IMG/VR virus record: IMGVR_UViG_3300027736_002225
From: a virus
Strand: one strand, 5' to 3'
DNA: 64,000 nucleotides
Shown: one piece after another, positions 20,353 through 31,596 of the stretch
Layout of the letters: each line of letters starts with the position of its first letter
Numbering within the stretch: the first letter of the stretch is position 1
Made by a program: the position numbers and the translations under genes
The notes under the pieces: model-generated
The model's input: the letters and a program-made list of their open reading frames with translations, nothing else
Told to the model about the DNA's origin: nothing
The model's database searches: none

Positions 20353-23300
20353 TTATTTTTTATTTAGTAACATTGTTAGTGAACCACTATAAATTGTATG
20401 ATACATTAAAGGATATGCATACGCATTGGTTTGTCCTGATCTTCCAACTAATGTAATAGCATAATTCCAAACCTGAGATGGTACGGAATAATCTACAAGG
20501 CCAATAATTGGATCATTGAATTTTCCATTAGCAGCAGGATTTGGCAAGGCAATCATATCTAAAACAAATCTATACCAGCCAGGCCCGCCCGGAGTATTAA
20601 TTGCTTGTGCTCCTAAACTTGTTTGTGCAACAATTAGTTTATCTCGTCTATATGAGTAAGCCGGCGTGTTTCCTAAAGCAGCAGATCCTCTACCTGATGC
20701 GTTTCCAACATCTAATACTTCTGTAGATATAGCTTGGAATGGTTGGTCAATAATAGTTATTTCATTTGCACCCCATGCTTGGCCTGCCTGCCCTGGCGCG
20801 CCACCAGGCACAGTTTCCCAATAAGTTTGCGGATTGCCTGATTGATTTGAGCCTCCAAATGCTGCTCTTATTCTAAAATATTGTAATTCTGTGCGAAGTG
20901 GATTATACCTAACTGCCTGCGGATCACTTAACCAACCTATATAATTATCGTAACCTTGAAACTGATCAAGTACATCTGTATATAAAGAAAGTATGCCAGT
21001 TATTGCCGTTTGATTTGGTATATATGTCCAACCAGTTGTTAACATATCAATTGAATATAAATTATAGGTACTTTGACCAAGAATTCCGCGGGCACCACCG
21101 CCTGCCAGTATTACTGGCGCAGATGTAGAAAGTTTTGTTGCAGCAACTACACCACTAATAGCATTATTTTTAATATTGACAGTATCAACTGCATTAATTG
21201 CATTTGCGGTTAATGACCCACTAAATGTACCATTTGCGCCGTAAATATTTCCGCTGAAAACTACATCCCCTTGTATCTTACCTGTAGTAATAACACCAAT
21301 ATTTGCGGACAATGCAGATAATGATCCAACATTAATTTTATCTGCAGTAATTGCTCCTGCTAAAATCTTGTTTGCAGTTACTGCATTCGTTGCAATTGCA
21401 TCTGCGCCTATAGTGCCGTTAACTAACAACCCGCCATTAATATATGCAGCTATTGCAGACCACGCGGATCCTGTCCAAAATCTTGATTGAGAGAATGATC
21501 CTGGAGAACTTGAATTATATAAAGTAACTCTATCAAGTATTACTTTTGTCAATCCTACATTCGTTATTGCGGTTTCTGCATAAGTATCATTCCAAGAAGA
21601 TAATCCTGCGACCCCATATATAAATTCTTTGTATCCTCTTTCTCCAGGCGCACCACTTGCCCCTGCTGCACCCGCTGGTCCAGTGGCACCTGTGGCGCCC
21701 GTTGATCCTGTGCCGCCAGTAACAAATGTCGTCCATGTTCCGCTTTTATAAACATAAGTATTGCCATCTGTTGAATTTTTATATACGTTATTTTCTTTTA
21801 TTCCGCTGCTTGGCGCTGTTGCATATGTACCAATGAATACAACGGGATTTTGAGACAATGCAGAAACAACTGATACATCACTTGTGCCGTCAAAAAATGT
21901 TACTGCACTTGAAAGTTTTCCAGACCCAAACAATACTGTTCCGTCGTCGGCCTTTATTGTTAATCCTCTAGTATCAATTCTATCCGCAGTTATTGAACTT
22001 GCTGCTATTTGTGCTGCGGTAATAGTATTTGCTTTAATTTGTGCAGCTGTAATACTATTAGTTAATATTGCATTTGCAAATAATGTATTTGCAGTAATTA
22101 CCATACCGGAAACAGAATTCGCTCTAATTTGATCGCCAGTAATAGAATTGCCAACAATTGCATTACCAAATATTGTGTTACCAATTAATACCATACCGGA
22201 AACAGAATTCGCTCTAATTTGATCGCCAGTAATAGAATTACCAACAATAGCATTTCCAAATATTGTATTGCCAATTAATACTATACCAGAAACAGAATTT
22301 GCCATAATTCTGTCACCTGTTAATGTATATGCCATAATTGCATTACCGTAAATAGTATTGCCTACAATACTCATACCGGTAATTGTATTTGCTCGAATCC
22401 TATCGCCGGTTAAGGTATACGCCATAATGGAGTTACCATAGATTGAATTTGCCGCAACCGATACTGCAGTAACTGCATTTGCTGCAATTTTATCTGCGGT
22501 AATTGCATACGCTTGTATAGCAGCAGCATATACCGCATTTGCCGCAATTTCTGATGCCGTTACTGCTTGTGCAGCAATCTGATCTGCGGTAATAGTATTT
22601 GCAGCAATTTGAGTTGCTGTAATTGTTCCTGTAGCAATTTCTGAAGCAGTTATTACCCCGGCTGCAATCTTGCCTGCTATGATTGAGTTTGTTGCAATCA
22701 TTCCGGAAGTAATTGTTCCCGCCGCAATTTCTGAGGCATTAATTGCACCGGCTGCAATCTTGCCGGCTATAATTGCTCCAGATGCAATTTTATCTGCAGT
22801 AATAATTCCGGCCTGAAGTGCCGCAGCATTAATTGTATTTGCTCCAACTGTAGGAGTACCGGAGCCTTGAATATAGCTATTATAACTATTCCAAGCACCA
22901 CCTACATATATGTACAGATTACTATCTGCAGTATAAAGAATTGTTCGACCGTTAATTAAGTTTGTTGTTGGTTTTGGAGTAGTATTCCATATTTCAACTG
23001 TTGCAATTGAAGCTGCAGTTGGTGTAAATGCCGCCGCAGGTTTTACCCATGCGTTACCTTGCCAAATATATAAACCACCATCTGCCGCATTATATACTGC
23101 CTGGCCGTTTGCAGTTCCGTTTGCTGTTAATCCAGATACAATACCTACTTTAGCAACATTTGCTGCGTTTGCTGCAATTGTATTAAATACGTTTGTAAAA
23201 TTTGCAAGGGTATTTACATTAACTTGAGCTAACGCATTATTTAATGCATTTAAATTTACTGGTTGTACATTTGCTAAAGCATTTCCTAATCTTGATAAAT

Positions 23301-23853
23301 CAGTATATGTTAGATTTGCAAGTGCATTCCCTAAACCACTTAAATTTGTTGGTTGTACATTTGCAAGAGCATTATTTAACGCAGTTAAATCAACATAATT
23401 TAAATTCGCAAGAGCATTATTTAATGCACCTAAACTAACATAATTTAAATTTGCAAGAGCACTATTTAACGCACCTAAATCTACATTTGCATAAATGTTG
23501 CTATAGTAAATTACATTTCCGCCCGAAAAAGTATTATTATAATAAATTACATTTGCTCCGCCACCGCCATTTCCGGCATTGATTGTAATTGTAATAACTC
23601 TACCATTTGCATTTGCAGTAACTCCGGCTCCAACAAAATTTAAAATAGATACAGCATTTGTTAAATAAGTCCCATTTGCTTGTATTGAAATATTTGCAGA
23701 TCCTGCAGTATTGCTACCTCCAATCAAGGCCAATTGATATACATTTGCAAAATTTTTATTAACCCGTGTAAAAGCACTTCGCAAAGATTCTCCCTGCCCG
23801 TCATTTGGGTAGGTACCTACATTTACATTACTTACGGTATACGTTGTTGCCAT
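20353..23853 (-). CDS. Long tail fiber / adhesin-like structural protein
   Basis: N-terminal PNDGQGESLRSAF; Ala/Asn/Ile repeats; collagen-like GXY stretch. Confidence 0.8.
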   Translation of the reverse strand: MATTYTVSNVNVGTYPNDGQGESLRSAFTRVNKNFANVYQLALIGGSNTAGSANISIQANGTYLTNAVSILNFVGAGVTANANGRVITITINAGNGGGGANVIYYNNTFSGGNVIYYSNIYANVDLGALNSALANLNYVSLGALNNALANLNYVDLTALNNALANVQPTNLSGLGNALANLTYTDLSRLGNALANVQPVNLNALNNALAQVNVNTLANFTNVFNTIAANAANVAKVGIVSGLTANGTANGQAVYNAADGGLYIWQGNAWVKPAAAFTPTAASIATVEIWNTTPKPTTNLINGRTILYTADSNLYIYVGGAWNSYNSYIQGSGTPTVGANTINAAALQAGIITADKIASGAIIAGKIAAGAINASEIAAGTITSGMIATNSIIAGKIAAGVITASEIATGTITATQIAANTITADQIAAQAVTASEIAANAVYAAAIQAYAITADKIAANAVTAVSVAANSIYGNSIMAYTLTGDRIRANTITGMSIVGNTIYGNAIMAYTLTGDRIMANSVSGIVLIGNTIFGNAIVGNSITGDQIRANSVSGMVLIGNTIFGNAIVGNSITGDQIRANSVSGMVITANTLFANAILTNSITAAQIKANTITAAQIAASSITADRIDTRGLTIKADDGTVLFGSGKLSSAVTFFDGTSDVSVVSALSQNPVVFIGTYATAPSSGIKENNVYKNSTDGNTYVYKSGTWTTFVTGGTGSTGATGATGPAGAAGASGAPGERGYKEFIYGVAGLSSWNDTYAETAITNVGLTKVILDRVTLYNSSSPGSFSQSRFWTGSAWSAIAAYINGGLLVNGTIGADAIATNAVTANKILAGAITADKINVGSLSALSANIGVITTGKIQGDVVFSGNIYGANGTFSGSLTANAINAVDTVNIKNNAISGVVAATKLSTSAPVILAGGGARGILGQSTYNLYSIDMLTTGWTYIPNQTAITGILSLYTDVLDQFQGYDNYIGWLSDPQAVRYNPLRTELQYFRIRAAFGGSNQSGNPQTYWETVPGGAPGQAGQAWGANEITIIDQPFQAISTEVLDVGNASGRGSAALGNTPAYSYRRDKLIVAQTSLGAQAINTPGGPGWYRFVLDMIALPNPAANGKFNDPIIGLVDYSVPSQVWNYAITLVGRSGQTNAYAYPLMYHTIYSGSLTMLLNKK
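22099..22239. repeat. 90-bp-period tandem duplication inside the fiber gene
   Basis: TACCATACCGGAAACAGAATTCGCTCTAATTTGATCGCCAGTAATAGAATT occurs at 22099 and 22189. Confidence 0.85.
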
Positions 23854-23864
23854 TTATTACTCTC

Positions 23865-24083
23865 TTATTTCAAAGAATTTTGATTTACCAATTGTTGTAA
23901 AAGATTCTTTATCTCCGACATTTCTGTTTTCATAGTATTTATCTCTTCAGAAATAGCCTGTATTTTGGCAGAACTGTCTTTTTTCTGCTTGTATTCTTTT
24001 ATGCCTTGAATGTCGTTATTAATTAACGCGCCATTTCTTATGTTTTTAACAAACCTATTTTCGTTTTCTAATTGTACAAACAT
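23865..24083 (-). CDS. Small coiled-coil hypothetical protein
   Basis: MFVQLENENRFVKNIRNGALINND...; ATG at 24083. Confidence 0.65.
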   Translation of the reverse strand: MFVQLENENRFVKNIRNGALINNDIQGIKEYKQKKDSSAKIQAISEEINTMKTEMSEIKNLLQQLVNQNSLK

Positions 24084-24084
24084 T

Positions 24085-25944
24085 TTAAAGTACCGCCGTT
24101 GCAATTAAATTTTTAATTTTCGGAATATATGTATCTGTACTAGAAGCATACATAACTATTTTTATTTGAAACTTATTAAAATTATTAAATACGGTAGCCG
24201 AAGTATCTGTTCTATCTGTTCCGTTTGAAACGGTGCCAGTATATGATAAATTATCTACACCAGTAGTTGTTACACTATCGCCTTCTAATATCTTATAAGT
24301 CTCTACAGTATATGAATTTTCACTTGCGCCTGCATATGATTTGGCAGAAGTTATACTATAAGATGAATCTACGTTTGCATTTTGATTGAACAACGGCATT
24401 TTGCGCCAACTTCTATTTTCAATCTTAGAATTTGTTCCGTTATCATATGAACTTAACACCCTGCAAAATACTTCAATATCTGTACCAATTTGCCGATTGA
24501 CTGCAACCTTAACTTCTAAACCAGTAGAATCAAATCCGGGTTGCAATGTAACTGGTTTACTTATATATTTTGATCTAGCAACCCCGTCATTAGAATTGGT
24601 TTCGCTGTTAGATGTGTCAGCATCATATGGATCTATATTATTTTTAAACGTATATAATATAGCACTTTGCATATCAAATATTGGCGTGATATCTTTTGAT
24701 GTATTTGTAAATGATACTTGAAATTTAATATCTCCAGCATTATGCACTATAAGAGGGACCGATGTTCTTACGGGAGTTTGTTCTTTGATTCTACTGTAAC
24801 CAACAAAATTTCCTGCATTATCATACCGACCATTAAAATCATATGTTATAGACGTTAAATCTCCAAAATTATATTGTCTACAATCAAGATAAAAATTGTG
24901 ATAGAATTCGTTAGGGCATGCTAATGTCTGTATCTCAAATTGTTTTGTACCTGTCTCAAATACTGCTTTATTTACTCTAAAACAAATATCAGTATTATTT
25001 TCTTCCAACCAAAGATTTGTATTTTGTGATTTAAACAATTTACCAGAATACGATTCTTTATCTAATATTTTATTTGTTCCTAAAACATATTCTCCAAGTT
25101 TTGCATAATATAAACTATATTGATCAGAATTACTATGAATACAAACTGCGTATTCTCCTGGACTTAGATGTATAGGGTGTGTCATACTAAATTTAGTAGG
25201 CAATATGGGGCCGTTAATTACGTCTGTTGGTATATTAACTGCTGAAGATTCGACTGAAGATACTGTGCCCGATATGTATTGACTTGAATCTGGTAGCCCG
25301 TTAACTACTTTTCTTAATTCTATAGAAACCGGTGCCGCAGAATCTTTCTGTGCAAAAAATAAATCTATAGAAGATATAAAAAGTCCTTGAGTATATCTTG
25401 TGGCATCTACATAAAATGTTTGCGCTAAAGGAATAAGAGAAATAGATCCACCGATTGTTCCTCGAGTTCCTATGGATGGGATTGCTGCAGTTCCAAGAGT
25501 ATCCGAAATTATATTATCATCTCTCGTTGTTGCCAACGATGTTGTTGTTTGTGCATCCTCCACTGACGAATATTTTACAATAATTGTTGCACTAACTCTG
25601 CTGTATTCTTTTGTTTCTGTAAGAGATGCTCCGCCTCGGCCACGCGAAGTAGTTTCAGTTGAATAAAATTTAATTGGTAAATCGCCTTCACTATAACCAG
25701 CAACAACTGATCTTGGTAAAATTATTTTACCATTAACAGATCCTGAACTATTCGTAATTAAAAGATCTCCAGGCAAGCCTGCTCGTTGAGAACTAGTGTC
25801 ACTACGAGAAACCGCTCGAACAATTGTATATTCTGGAATTACTAGACCAGAATAATCTACTCCAAAAATGTATGGGGTAAGTTTTGTATATGCAGCGACG
25901 CCGGAAATGTTAAAATCTAAAACAATTGATTGTGAAAGTGACAT
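24085..25944 (-). CDS. Virion structural protein resembling the C-terminal part of DUF4815/VrlC-like proteins
   Basis: PLAQTFYV, FISSIDLFFAQKD, GKLFKSQN, SKYISKPVTL motifs. Confidence 0.7.
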   Translation of the reverse strand: MSLSQSIVLDFNISGVAAYTKLTPYIFGVDYSGLVIPEYTIVRAVSRSDTSSQRAGLPGDLLITNSSGSVNGKIILPRSVVAGYSEGDLPIKFYSTETTSRGRGGASLTETKEYSRVSATIIVKYSSVEDAQTTTSLATTRDDNIISDTLGTAAIPSIGTRGTIGGSISLIPLAQTFYVDATRYTQGLFISSIDLFFAQKDSAAPVSIELRKVVNGLPDSSQYISGTVSSVESSAVNIPTDVINGPILPTKFSMTHPIHLSPGEYAVCIHSNSDQYSLYYAKLGEYVLGTNKILDKESYSGKLFKSQNTNLWLEENNTDICFRVNKAVFETGTKQFEIQTLACPNEFYHNFYLDCRQYNFGDLTSITYDFNGRYDNAGNFVGYSRIKEQTPVRTSVPLIVHNAGDIKFQVSFTNTSKDITPIFDMQSAILYTFKNNIDPYDADTSNSETNSNDGVARSKYISKPVTLQPGFDSTGLEVKVAVNRQIGTDIEVFCRVLSSYDNGTNSKIENRSWRKMPLFNQNANVDSSYSITSAKSYAGASENSYTVETYKILEGDSVTTTGVDNLSYTGTVSNGTDRTDTSATVFNNFNKFQIKIVMYASSTDTYIPKIKNLIATAVL

Positions 25945-25956
25945 TATATTTGCCCG

Positions 25957-26643
25957 TTATGCTAAGAAATTATTTTCTAAAAATTTTGATTTTGCAATTG
26001 AATCTTGTATTTCAGCAGAATCTTGTATTTCTTGCGAAATTGCAGATGTATCAAAACTTGCAGAATTTAACGTAGACCAACTAGAAGTATATCCATTGTT
26101 TATTGCATATTGTAATGCAGTAGTTACTCCGGCATTGGCATATGTATTATTTGTATTTAAAGTACTATTAATATAATTTGTAACTAAAATAGAATTTGAG
26201 GTATAATTATTAGCTAAGAAAGTTTTCTCATAAATTAATGGTTCATATGATTTTATAAAAATTCCATTTGCAGAATTTATATTATTTGGAACAACTCCTG
26301 TTGCTGTTTGTACGTCCATTAAATTTACATAAACTCCTTGTTTTTTCTGCAATGTATCTGAACTTTGATATTTGGTTGTATCAATGCCGTCCATTCCTAA
26401 AGTTCTTAGATTATCTGCATGGACAATGTCGTTAAATTGATTTATAACATTTAAGAATGTACTGCTATTTGCATTACCGTTTAAATTCTTATATAAATCA
26501 TAAAGAACATTTCCAAAGAAATCTACCGCGCCTTGCCGAACACCGTCTATTTTTAGATTATCTAATTGTACGGGATCCGAAGCATATAAACTTGATGCCA
26601 CATTTGATATGTTAATGTAATCTGATATTTGCGTAGTCGCCAT
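25957..26643 (-). CDS. Hypothetical structural protein
   Basis: 228-aa ORF between the two DUF4815-like genes. Confidence 0.55.
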   Translation of the reverse strand: MATTQISDYINISNVASSLYASDPVQLDNLKIDGVRQGAVDFFGNVLYDLYKNLNGNANSSTFLNVINQFNDIVHADNLRTLGMDGIDTTKYQSSDTLQKKQGVYVNLMDVQTATGVVPNNINSANGIFIKSYEPLIYEKTFLANNYTSNSILVTNYINSTLNTNNTYANAGVTTALQYAINNGYTSSWSTLNSASFDTSAISQEIQDSAEIQDSIAKSKFLENNFLA

Positions 26644-26659
26644 TTTTAGCCTTTAATTA

Positions 26660-29600
26660 TTAACCCGAACCATTGCCACCATTACCTGGACCGTGGTCTG
26701 CAGATTTCTTACCTACAAATGATATAGATGCAGGAGATGCAACTGATATATTATTAAAAGTTGTTACCCTTCCGGAATCGGTAACTATTGATGTAGGATT
26801 TACTTTAAAATATGTATTTGCAGAAGTAGTTGTGGATGAAACATCAACATACGCTTCTTCAGTATAATTCATAGTAACAAAATTATCCTTCATGCTCACA
26901 TCTGGGTCAGCCACAAAGAATAAGTTATGTAAATCTGCAGAGAATGATGGTCTTCCTTCATTTCTTGCAATATCTATAGCAACTGTGTGATGCGGATTTG
27001 TAATATCGGCAACATTTAAACTAGAAAAATCTTCTACTAAAATGCCTGTTTTAAATAATACGTTACCCGATGTTCCGCCTCTATCAAATACTGCATTATT
27101 TAATGCGTATATCTCAAGCCCTTGTTTTTTGACTCTTTTTTCTAATTCTTGTAATTTATTATCTATTAAAGATATATCTTTCATTGTATATCTAGGAGAA
27201 CTATTATAGATAATTTTTACGTCACTTGCACTTGCAGTATATGGTGGGCTAACTAAAGTTGCAATTAACTGCAAATTTTTATCAGTTTTATCTTTATTTG
27301 GTCTAGGACTTACTGCTGATAATCCCTTATCAAGATAAAACTTACTATTTACAGATGTGTTTGCATCTCTGTTCTGTACATATAATCTATCAATTCTACT
27401 TGTATAGAAATCAATGTCTATTTGAGTGCCGGTTGCAGTATCTAATACTGGTTTGTACCAATCGTCAAATAAGAAAATATCAGATAATTGCTGACTTTCA
27501 AATACACCGGGATTAAAATATCCAGTATCATCTTGTCTACGAGATCTATAATCTAAACAATCGCGTAAATTATATTCTGTAGTATCTTTAGGAGATCTAA
27601 ATTTAGGAATTCTATCATACATATTTACTGGATACGATACTGCATCAAAATATCCAGAACCAGAATGTGTAAAGTAATCAAATACTACAACAGTTTTTCC
27701 CGGTACTTTAGATTGATTCCCTATAAATTTTATTGACCCGTGATTATAAAATAAATCAGATTGTCCGTTATCTAAAGTATATAATAATAAAGATTCGCCT
27801 GGAATTTTAGTCCATTTTGTAGAATCTGTTAATGCTGCTCCAGTACTTGTAGCTTTTGCTTGATAAATTAAACCAGAATCTTGCACCATAGAGTTTATAG
27901 AATACGTAGTTCCTGAACTATAATCTCCCGCAAAAGTATTACTACCAATTTTATATACGCCCTTAAGAGAATATACATCAGATTTGAACAAAGAATATGA
28001 TTGGTCTGAGGTCCAAATATTTGATTGTCTTGTATAATTTGATACTAATGTCTTTGTTTTTCTTGGTAGTATATCATTGTAAATAGTAGCACTTACATCC
28101 ATACTAGAATTAATATTTGTATTTCCAAAATTAATTGTTATTCCTGTACCCGTACTATTTAAAGTCATTACTATAGATTCTAAAGGAACAAATACATTTG
28201 CCGCAATTTTCCATGGATCGGTATTTCCATATCCATATACATATTGTCCATCAATTCCTGTAGGTTGTTTAATTATAGAAATATAATACTGTCTTTTAAT
28301 TGAAGAAGATAATTCACCAACAGTACCAACAAATCTATTTGGAGAAGTAGTTGTTATAGTTGCAACCCCTGAACTAATAGTTACGTTACTATATGTTTTG
28401 ATATAAGTAGTATTATTTCTTCGTACATCTTTTATATAAGATGATTCTATTGGAAACACTAATCTATTAACACGTGTAGAATCAAATATTTTTAATTGTT
28501 GTCCACCGGCACCATTTGCCTCGAGTCCTTTAGTTACGCTAACATTTGCAAAGAAAGTAGGATTTGTATTGCTGCCTTTATTGCCTGCAGGATCACTAAA
28601 CCAATTCCTATTGCCTATTATTGACCTTATATCCCCGGGTTGTTTTGATTGAGACCAATGTGTATAAAAATCCCAATGAAACTTAAAGGTCGCAGAATCT
28701 CTATATCCGCTATCATATTGCATACCCGAAAAGGCAATATATCCTACAAGTGTAGAATTTGCACCATAGTTGCCGCCCAACATTACACCTCTGTTAGAAG
28801 TTGAATGGCATTCAAACCAATTATATTGCGAAAGAGTTTGTTCTGCAGGTATACCAAAATTAGGAGCATCAATTAAGATATATGGACCAGATGGAGTGTC
28901 TACTGTAACGCTTTCAGTAGTAATGTAATCTTTTGCTTTTGGAACTATCAATTCTGTTCTATCTATAGTTGTTATATCATACCCACCTACAAAAGCTCTT
29001 CCTTTTGATATATAAAATTTATTTCTTGTAGCATCTGGAGTTGAACCCGACGGCGATATTGAGAAAGGATCTACAATATAATTTCCAGACTCAGCATATG
29101 TTCTTTCCGCAAGTATTGATCCTAATGTAGAATAAGTGCTATCAACAGATGACTCAATTAGATCAACTTTACCTTTTACAAATCTAGCAATTTCAATATA
29201 ATTGCCAACATAATTTGGTTTATCATTACTATCTAAATCAATACTATCAATTACCAATTCTATTTTTAATCTGTCTGCCCCTGGCCCTAAGTAATTTGAA
29301 CTACCAAAAGCAGGATCTAATAGTGAGGTATCATCGTTATAGTTTACAATAGATTCTTGATATTTTAAAATTACAGATTTATTTGGAAATGCTGTATATT
29401 TTTGTACTACAATAGATTGATATGGCACTTGTATAAAGAACCCATTTTTGTAGTATGCCCCGCTACTAATACCTAAAATTAATGACGGCGAAGTATTTTT
29501 TCGTATGAATGTTAAATTTGCAGTATTGTCAGTAACTCCAAAATTCTTATTCAATAATATTCTAGTATCAGAAACTATTTTTACTACATATAAATCTGGA

Positions 29601-30220
29601 GGAATTCCGGTAACTCCTGTAACATAATCTCCTACCGCAATTGTTCCAGTCTTTGAAACAATGACAATTTCGTCCGATAAAGACTCTGTGGTTGCAACTG
29701 CGGTGATAGTAACATCTGCAGCGGTTGTTGCACTTATTGTAGTGGATCCCTTTGTAAATGCATTGGCATGTGAATCATAAAAATATAAAGTATCATTCGG
29801 AAGAAATTCATTTATAGTATCGTTTGGAGTAACAATATTAATAATTAGTGTTTGTGGATCGCCTAAATTTGGATTATCCGCATCGTATACAAAATTGACT
29901 TTTCCTATTAAAGTACTAGATCCACTTGTAACATACTTATTCAAATATGTTGCAGAATCTACAAGAGTTGCACTTGGTTGCAATCTAACAGATTTTACAT
30001 TTTGATTAATTGTAACAGATACTGGATTATCTTTTAATGCTCGGCTGCCATCAACAAATACGTGATTTGCGAATTTTTTTATCTGATCTTGTAGTATAGA
30101 TTGTAACTGAGTAAGCTCTCTTGCTTGCACAGGCACGCCTGGTTTAAACAGTATTCTGTAAAAATTCTTTGTACTATCAAAATCATCATAGTACGGTGCG
30201 GCTGCTAAATTTATATCCAT
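26660..30220 (-). CDS. Large baseplate-associated protein, DUF4815/VrlC-like N-terminal part
   Basis: PYYDDFD, FYRILFKPG, QARELTQLQ, GPGADRLKI, RYTMKDI, FKTGILVEDF motifs. Confidence 0.8.
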   Translation of the reverse strand: MDINLAAAPYYDDFDSTKNFYRILFKPGVPVQARELTQLQSILQDQIKKFANHVFVDGSRALKDNPVSVTINQNVKSVRLQPSATLVDSATYLNKYVTSGSSTLIGKVNFVYDADNPNLGDPQTLIINIVTPNDTINEFLPNDTLYFYDSHANAFTKGSTTISATTAADVTITAVATTESLSDEIVIVSKTGTIAVGDYVTGVTGIPPDLYVVKIVSDTRILLNKNFGVTDNTANLTFIRKNTSPSLILGISSGAYYKNGFFIQVPYQSIVVQKYTAFPNKSVILKYQESIVNYNDDTSLLDPAFGSSNYLGPGADRLKIELVIDSIDLDSNDKPNYVGNYIEIARFVKGKVDLIESSVDSTYSTLGSILAERTYAESGNYIVDPFSISPSGSTPDATRNKFYISKGRAFVGGYDITTIDRTELIVPKAKDYITTESVTVDTPSGPYILIDAPNFGIPAEQTLSQYNWFECHSTSNRGVMLGGNYGANSTLVGYIAFSGMQYDSGYRDSATFKFHWDFYTHWSQSKQPGDIRSIIGNRNWFSDPAGNKGSNTNPTFFANVSVTKGLEANGAGGQQLKIFDSTRVNRLVFPIESSYIKDVRRNNTTYIKTYSNVTISSGVATITTTSPNRFVGTVGELSSSIKRQYYISIIKQPTGIDGQYVYGYGNTDPWKIAANVFVPLESIVMTLNSTGTGITINFGNTNINSSMDVSATIYNDILPRKTKTLVSNYTRQSNIWTSDQSYSLFKSDVYSLKGVYKIGSNTFAGDYSSGTTYSINSMVQDSGLIYQAKATSTGAALTDSTKWTKIPGESLLLYTLDNGQSDLFYNHGSIKFIGNQSKVPGKTVVVFDYFTHSGSGYFDAVSYPVNMYDRIPKFRSPKDTTEYNLRDCLDYRSRRQDDTGYFNPGVFESQQLSDIFLFDDWYKPVLDTATGTQIDIDFYTSRIDRLYVQNRDANTSVNSKFYLDKGLSAVSPRPNKDKTDKNLQLIATLVSPPYTASASDVKIIYNSSPRYTMKDISLIDNKLQELEKRVKKQGLEIYALNNAVFDRGGTSGNVLFKTGILVEDFSSLNVADITNPHHTVAIDIARNEGRPSFSADLHNLFFVADPDVSMKDNFVTMNYTEEAYVDVSSTTTSANTYFKVNPTSIVTDSGRVTTFNNISVASPASISFVGKKSADHGPGNGGNGSG

Positions 30221-30234
30221 TTTTTATCCTACAA

Positions 30235-31566
30235 TTAGAACTCTATAACTATGTGAATATTTTCTGCTTGGTCAGAACTTCTTGTTATTTTTTTACGGTT
30301 TTCAACATATAACACTTTGCCAGTATTTTCTTTTACTTCTGGTCTCACTATCGAAGAAACAATTCCTGTTGCTAAAGATGTATTTCCTGTTATTGTTTCT
30401 CCGCCAATAAATCCCGCATTTTGATTTAATTTGTATTCAAGCGGAACAATATATTTTATTGATGCGTTTCCTGTTATTACATTTGCATTTGCGGATATAA
30501 CAATTCCTTTAGTATTAGTTATTGTTGAAACGGAACCAGTTATAATCTCATCCAATAAAAATGTACCAGATACACTTGTTAAATTTAACGTAAATGTTGC
30601 ATCCATAGTTAATTCAGTTGCAACCGAAGATGTTGCATTTGAAACTGGATTCTGTACTACAGCAATTCTTCTATAATCATTAACTATAGGGAAATCTCCA
30701 CCGCCCTCTGCATAATCTAACCTTGTATTTATCATAATATAATAACCGCCCAATTCCTCAATATTATTATATCCATGTCCACGTAATGGACTTATAATTG
30801 GTCTAGCAATTGCATTCGGCGCATATGTACTATCAATAATAACATTTGCATATGTATATCCACTGCCAGAATCTAATAATTTAACTGATGTTACGCCGCC
30901 GCCTGAATAATTTATATTTCCCAAGGCTGCCCCTGTTCCATTCCCTTTTAACGATCCCGATATACTCGATGTATTTAATGAAACATTTGAATATACTGTT
31001 CCTGGATTGTCGACCACAATACTATCAATTGTTCCCGGAACGGCGGTGGCAGTAACATCACTATTTAGATTTACTGCCATAAAATCATTTGTCAAAAATT
31101 TTAATAAATCTGTGTCAGTTAAGGAATACAAATATTTCCAACGATATCCATCTGCAGTTGTAACTATTGAAGTTGACATGCCGCTTGGTTTATCTGTTGA
31201 TGTTACTCCGTTATTATTTGAAATACATTTATATACGTTATATTCGGGCAATGTTAATACATAAAAATTAGAATTAAACAAATTATTATTTGAATTATCA
31301 TATTGGGAATAAACTTCACCCGGAAACCAATCATGTCTTTTTACAACTTGTTTTATATCTGCAGATACTATTCTTTTTAATGCAATATTTTCTGAAGAAT
31401 ATACAACATCTTGATATTGCGTATTTGTGGGGGTCGGGGGAGAATTTTCGTTAGACCATCTTTGAGGTCTACCCACAGAAAGATATAATGTATCGCTACC
31501 CGATGTGCTTTCTATAAACTTTGTAGCGTTATATAGTTTAAAATTGTTTGTTATAATTTGAGACAT
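30235..31566 (-). CDS. gp8: Baseplate wedge gp8
   Basis: YNVYKCISN, DGYRWKYLY, VLYVENR, ENIHIVIEF motifs. Confidence 0.85.
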   Translation of the reverse strand: MSQIITNNFKLYNATKFIESTSGSDTLYLSVGRPQRWSNENSPPTPTNTQYQDVVYSSENIALKRIVSADIKQVVKRHDWFPGEVYSQYDNSNNNLFNSNFYVLTLPEYNVYKCISNNNGVTSTDKPSGMSTSIVTTADGYRWKYLYSLTDTDLLKFLTNDFMAVNLNSDVTATAVPGTIDSIVVDNPGTVYSNVSLNTSSISGSLKGNGTGAALGNINYSGGGVTSVKLLDSGSGYTYANVIIDSTYAPNAIARPIISPLRGHGYNNIEELGGYYIMINTRLDYAEGGGDFPIVNDYRRIAVVQNPVSNATSSVATELTMDATFTLNLTSVSGTFLLDEIITGSVSTITNTKGIVISANANVITGNASIKYIVPLEYKLNQNAGFIGGETITGNTSLATGIVSSIVRPEVKENTGKVLYVENRKKITRSSDQAENIHIVIEF

Positions 31567-31596
31567 TGGTTTTTATTCCATCTAATTTATTATTTA

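Noticed and set aside
20353-23853. Diversity-generating retroelement or invertase acting on the fiber
   Set aside because: No reverse transcriptase, recombinase or TR/VR pair seen; repeats are in-frame structural units
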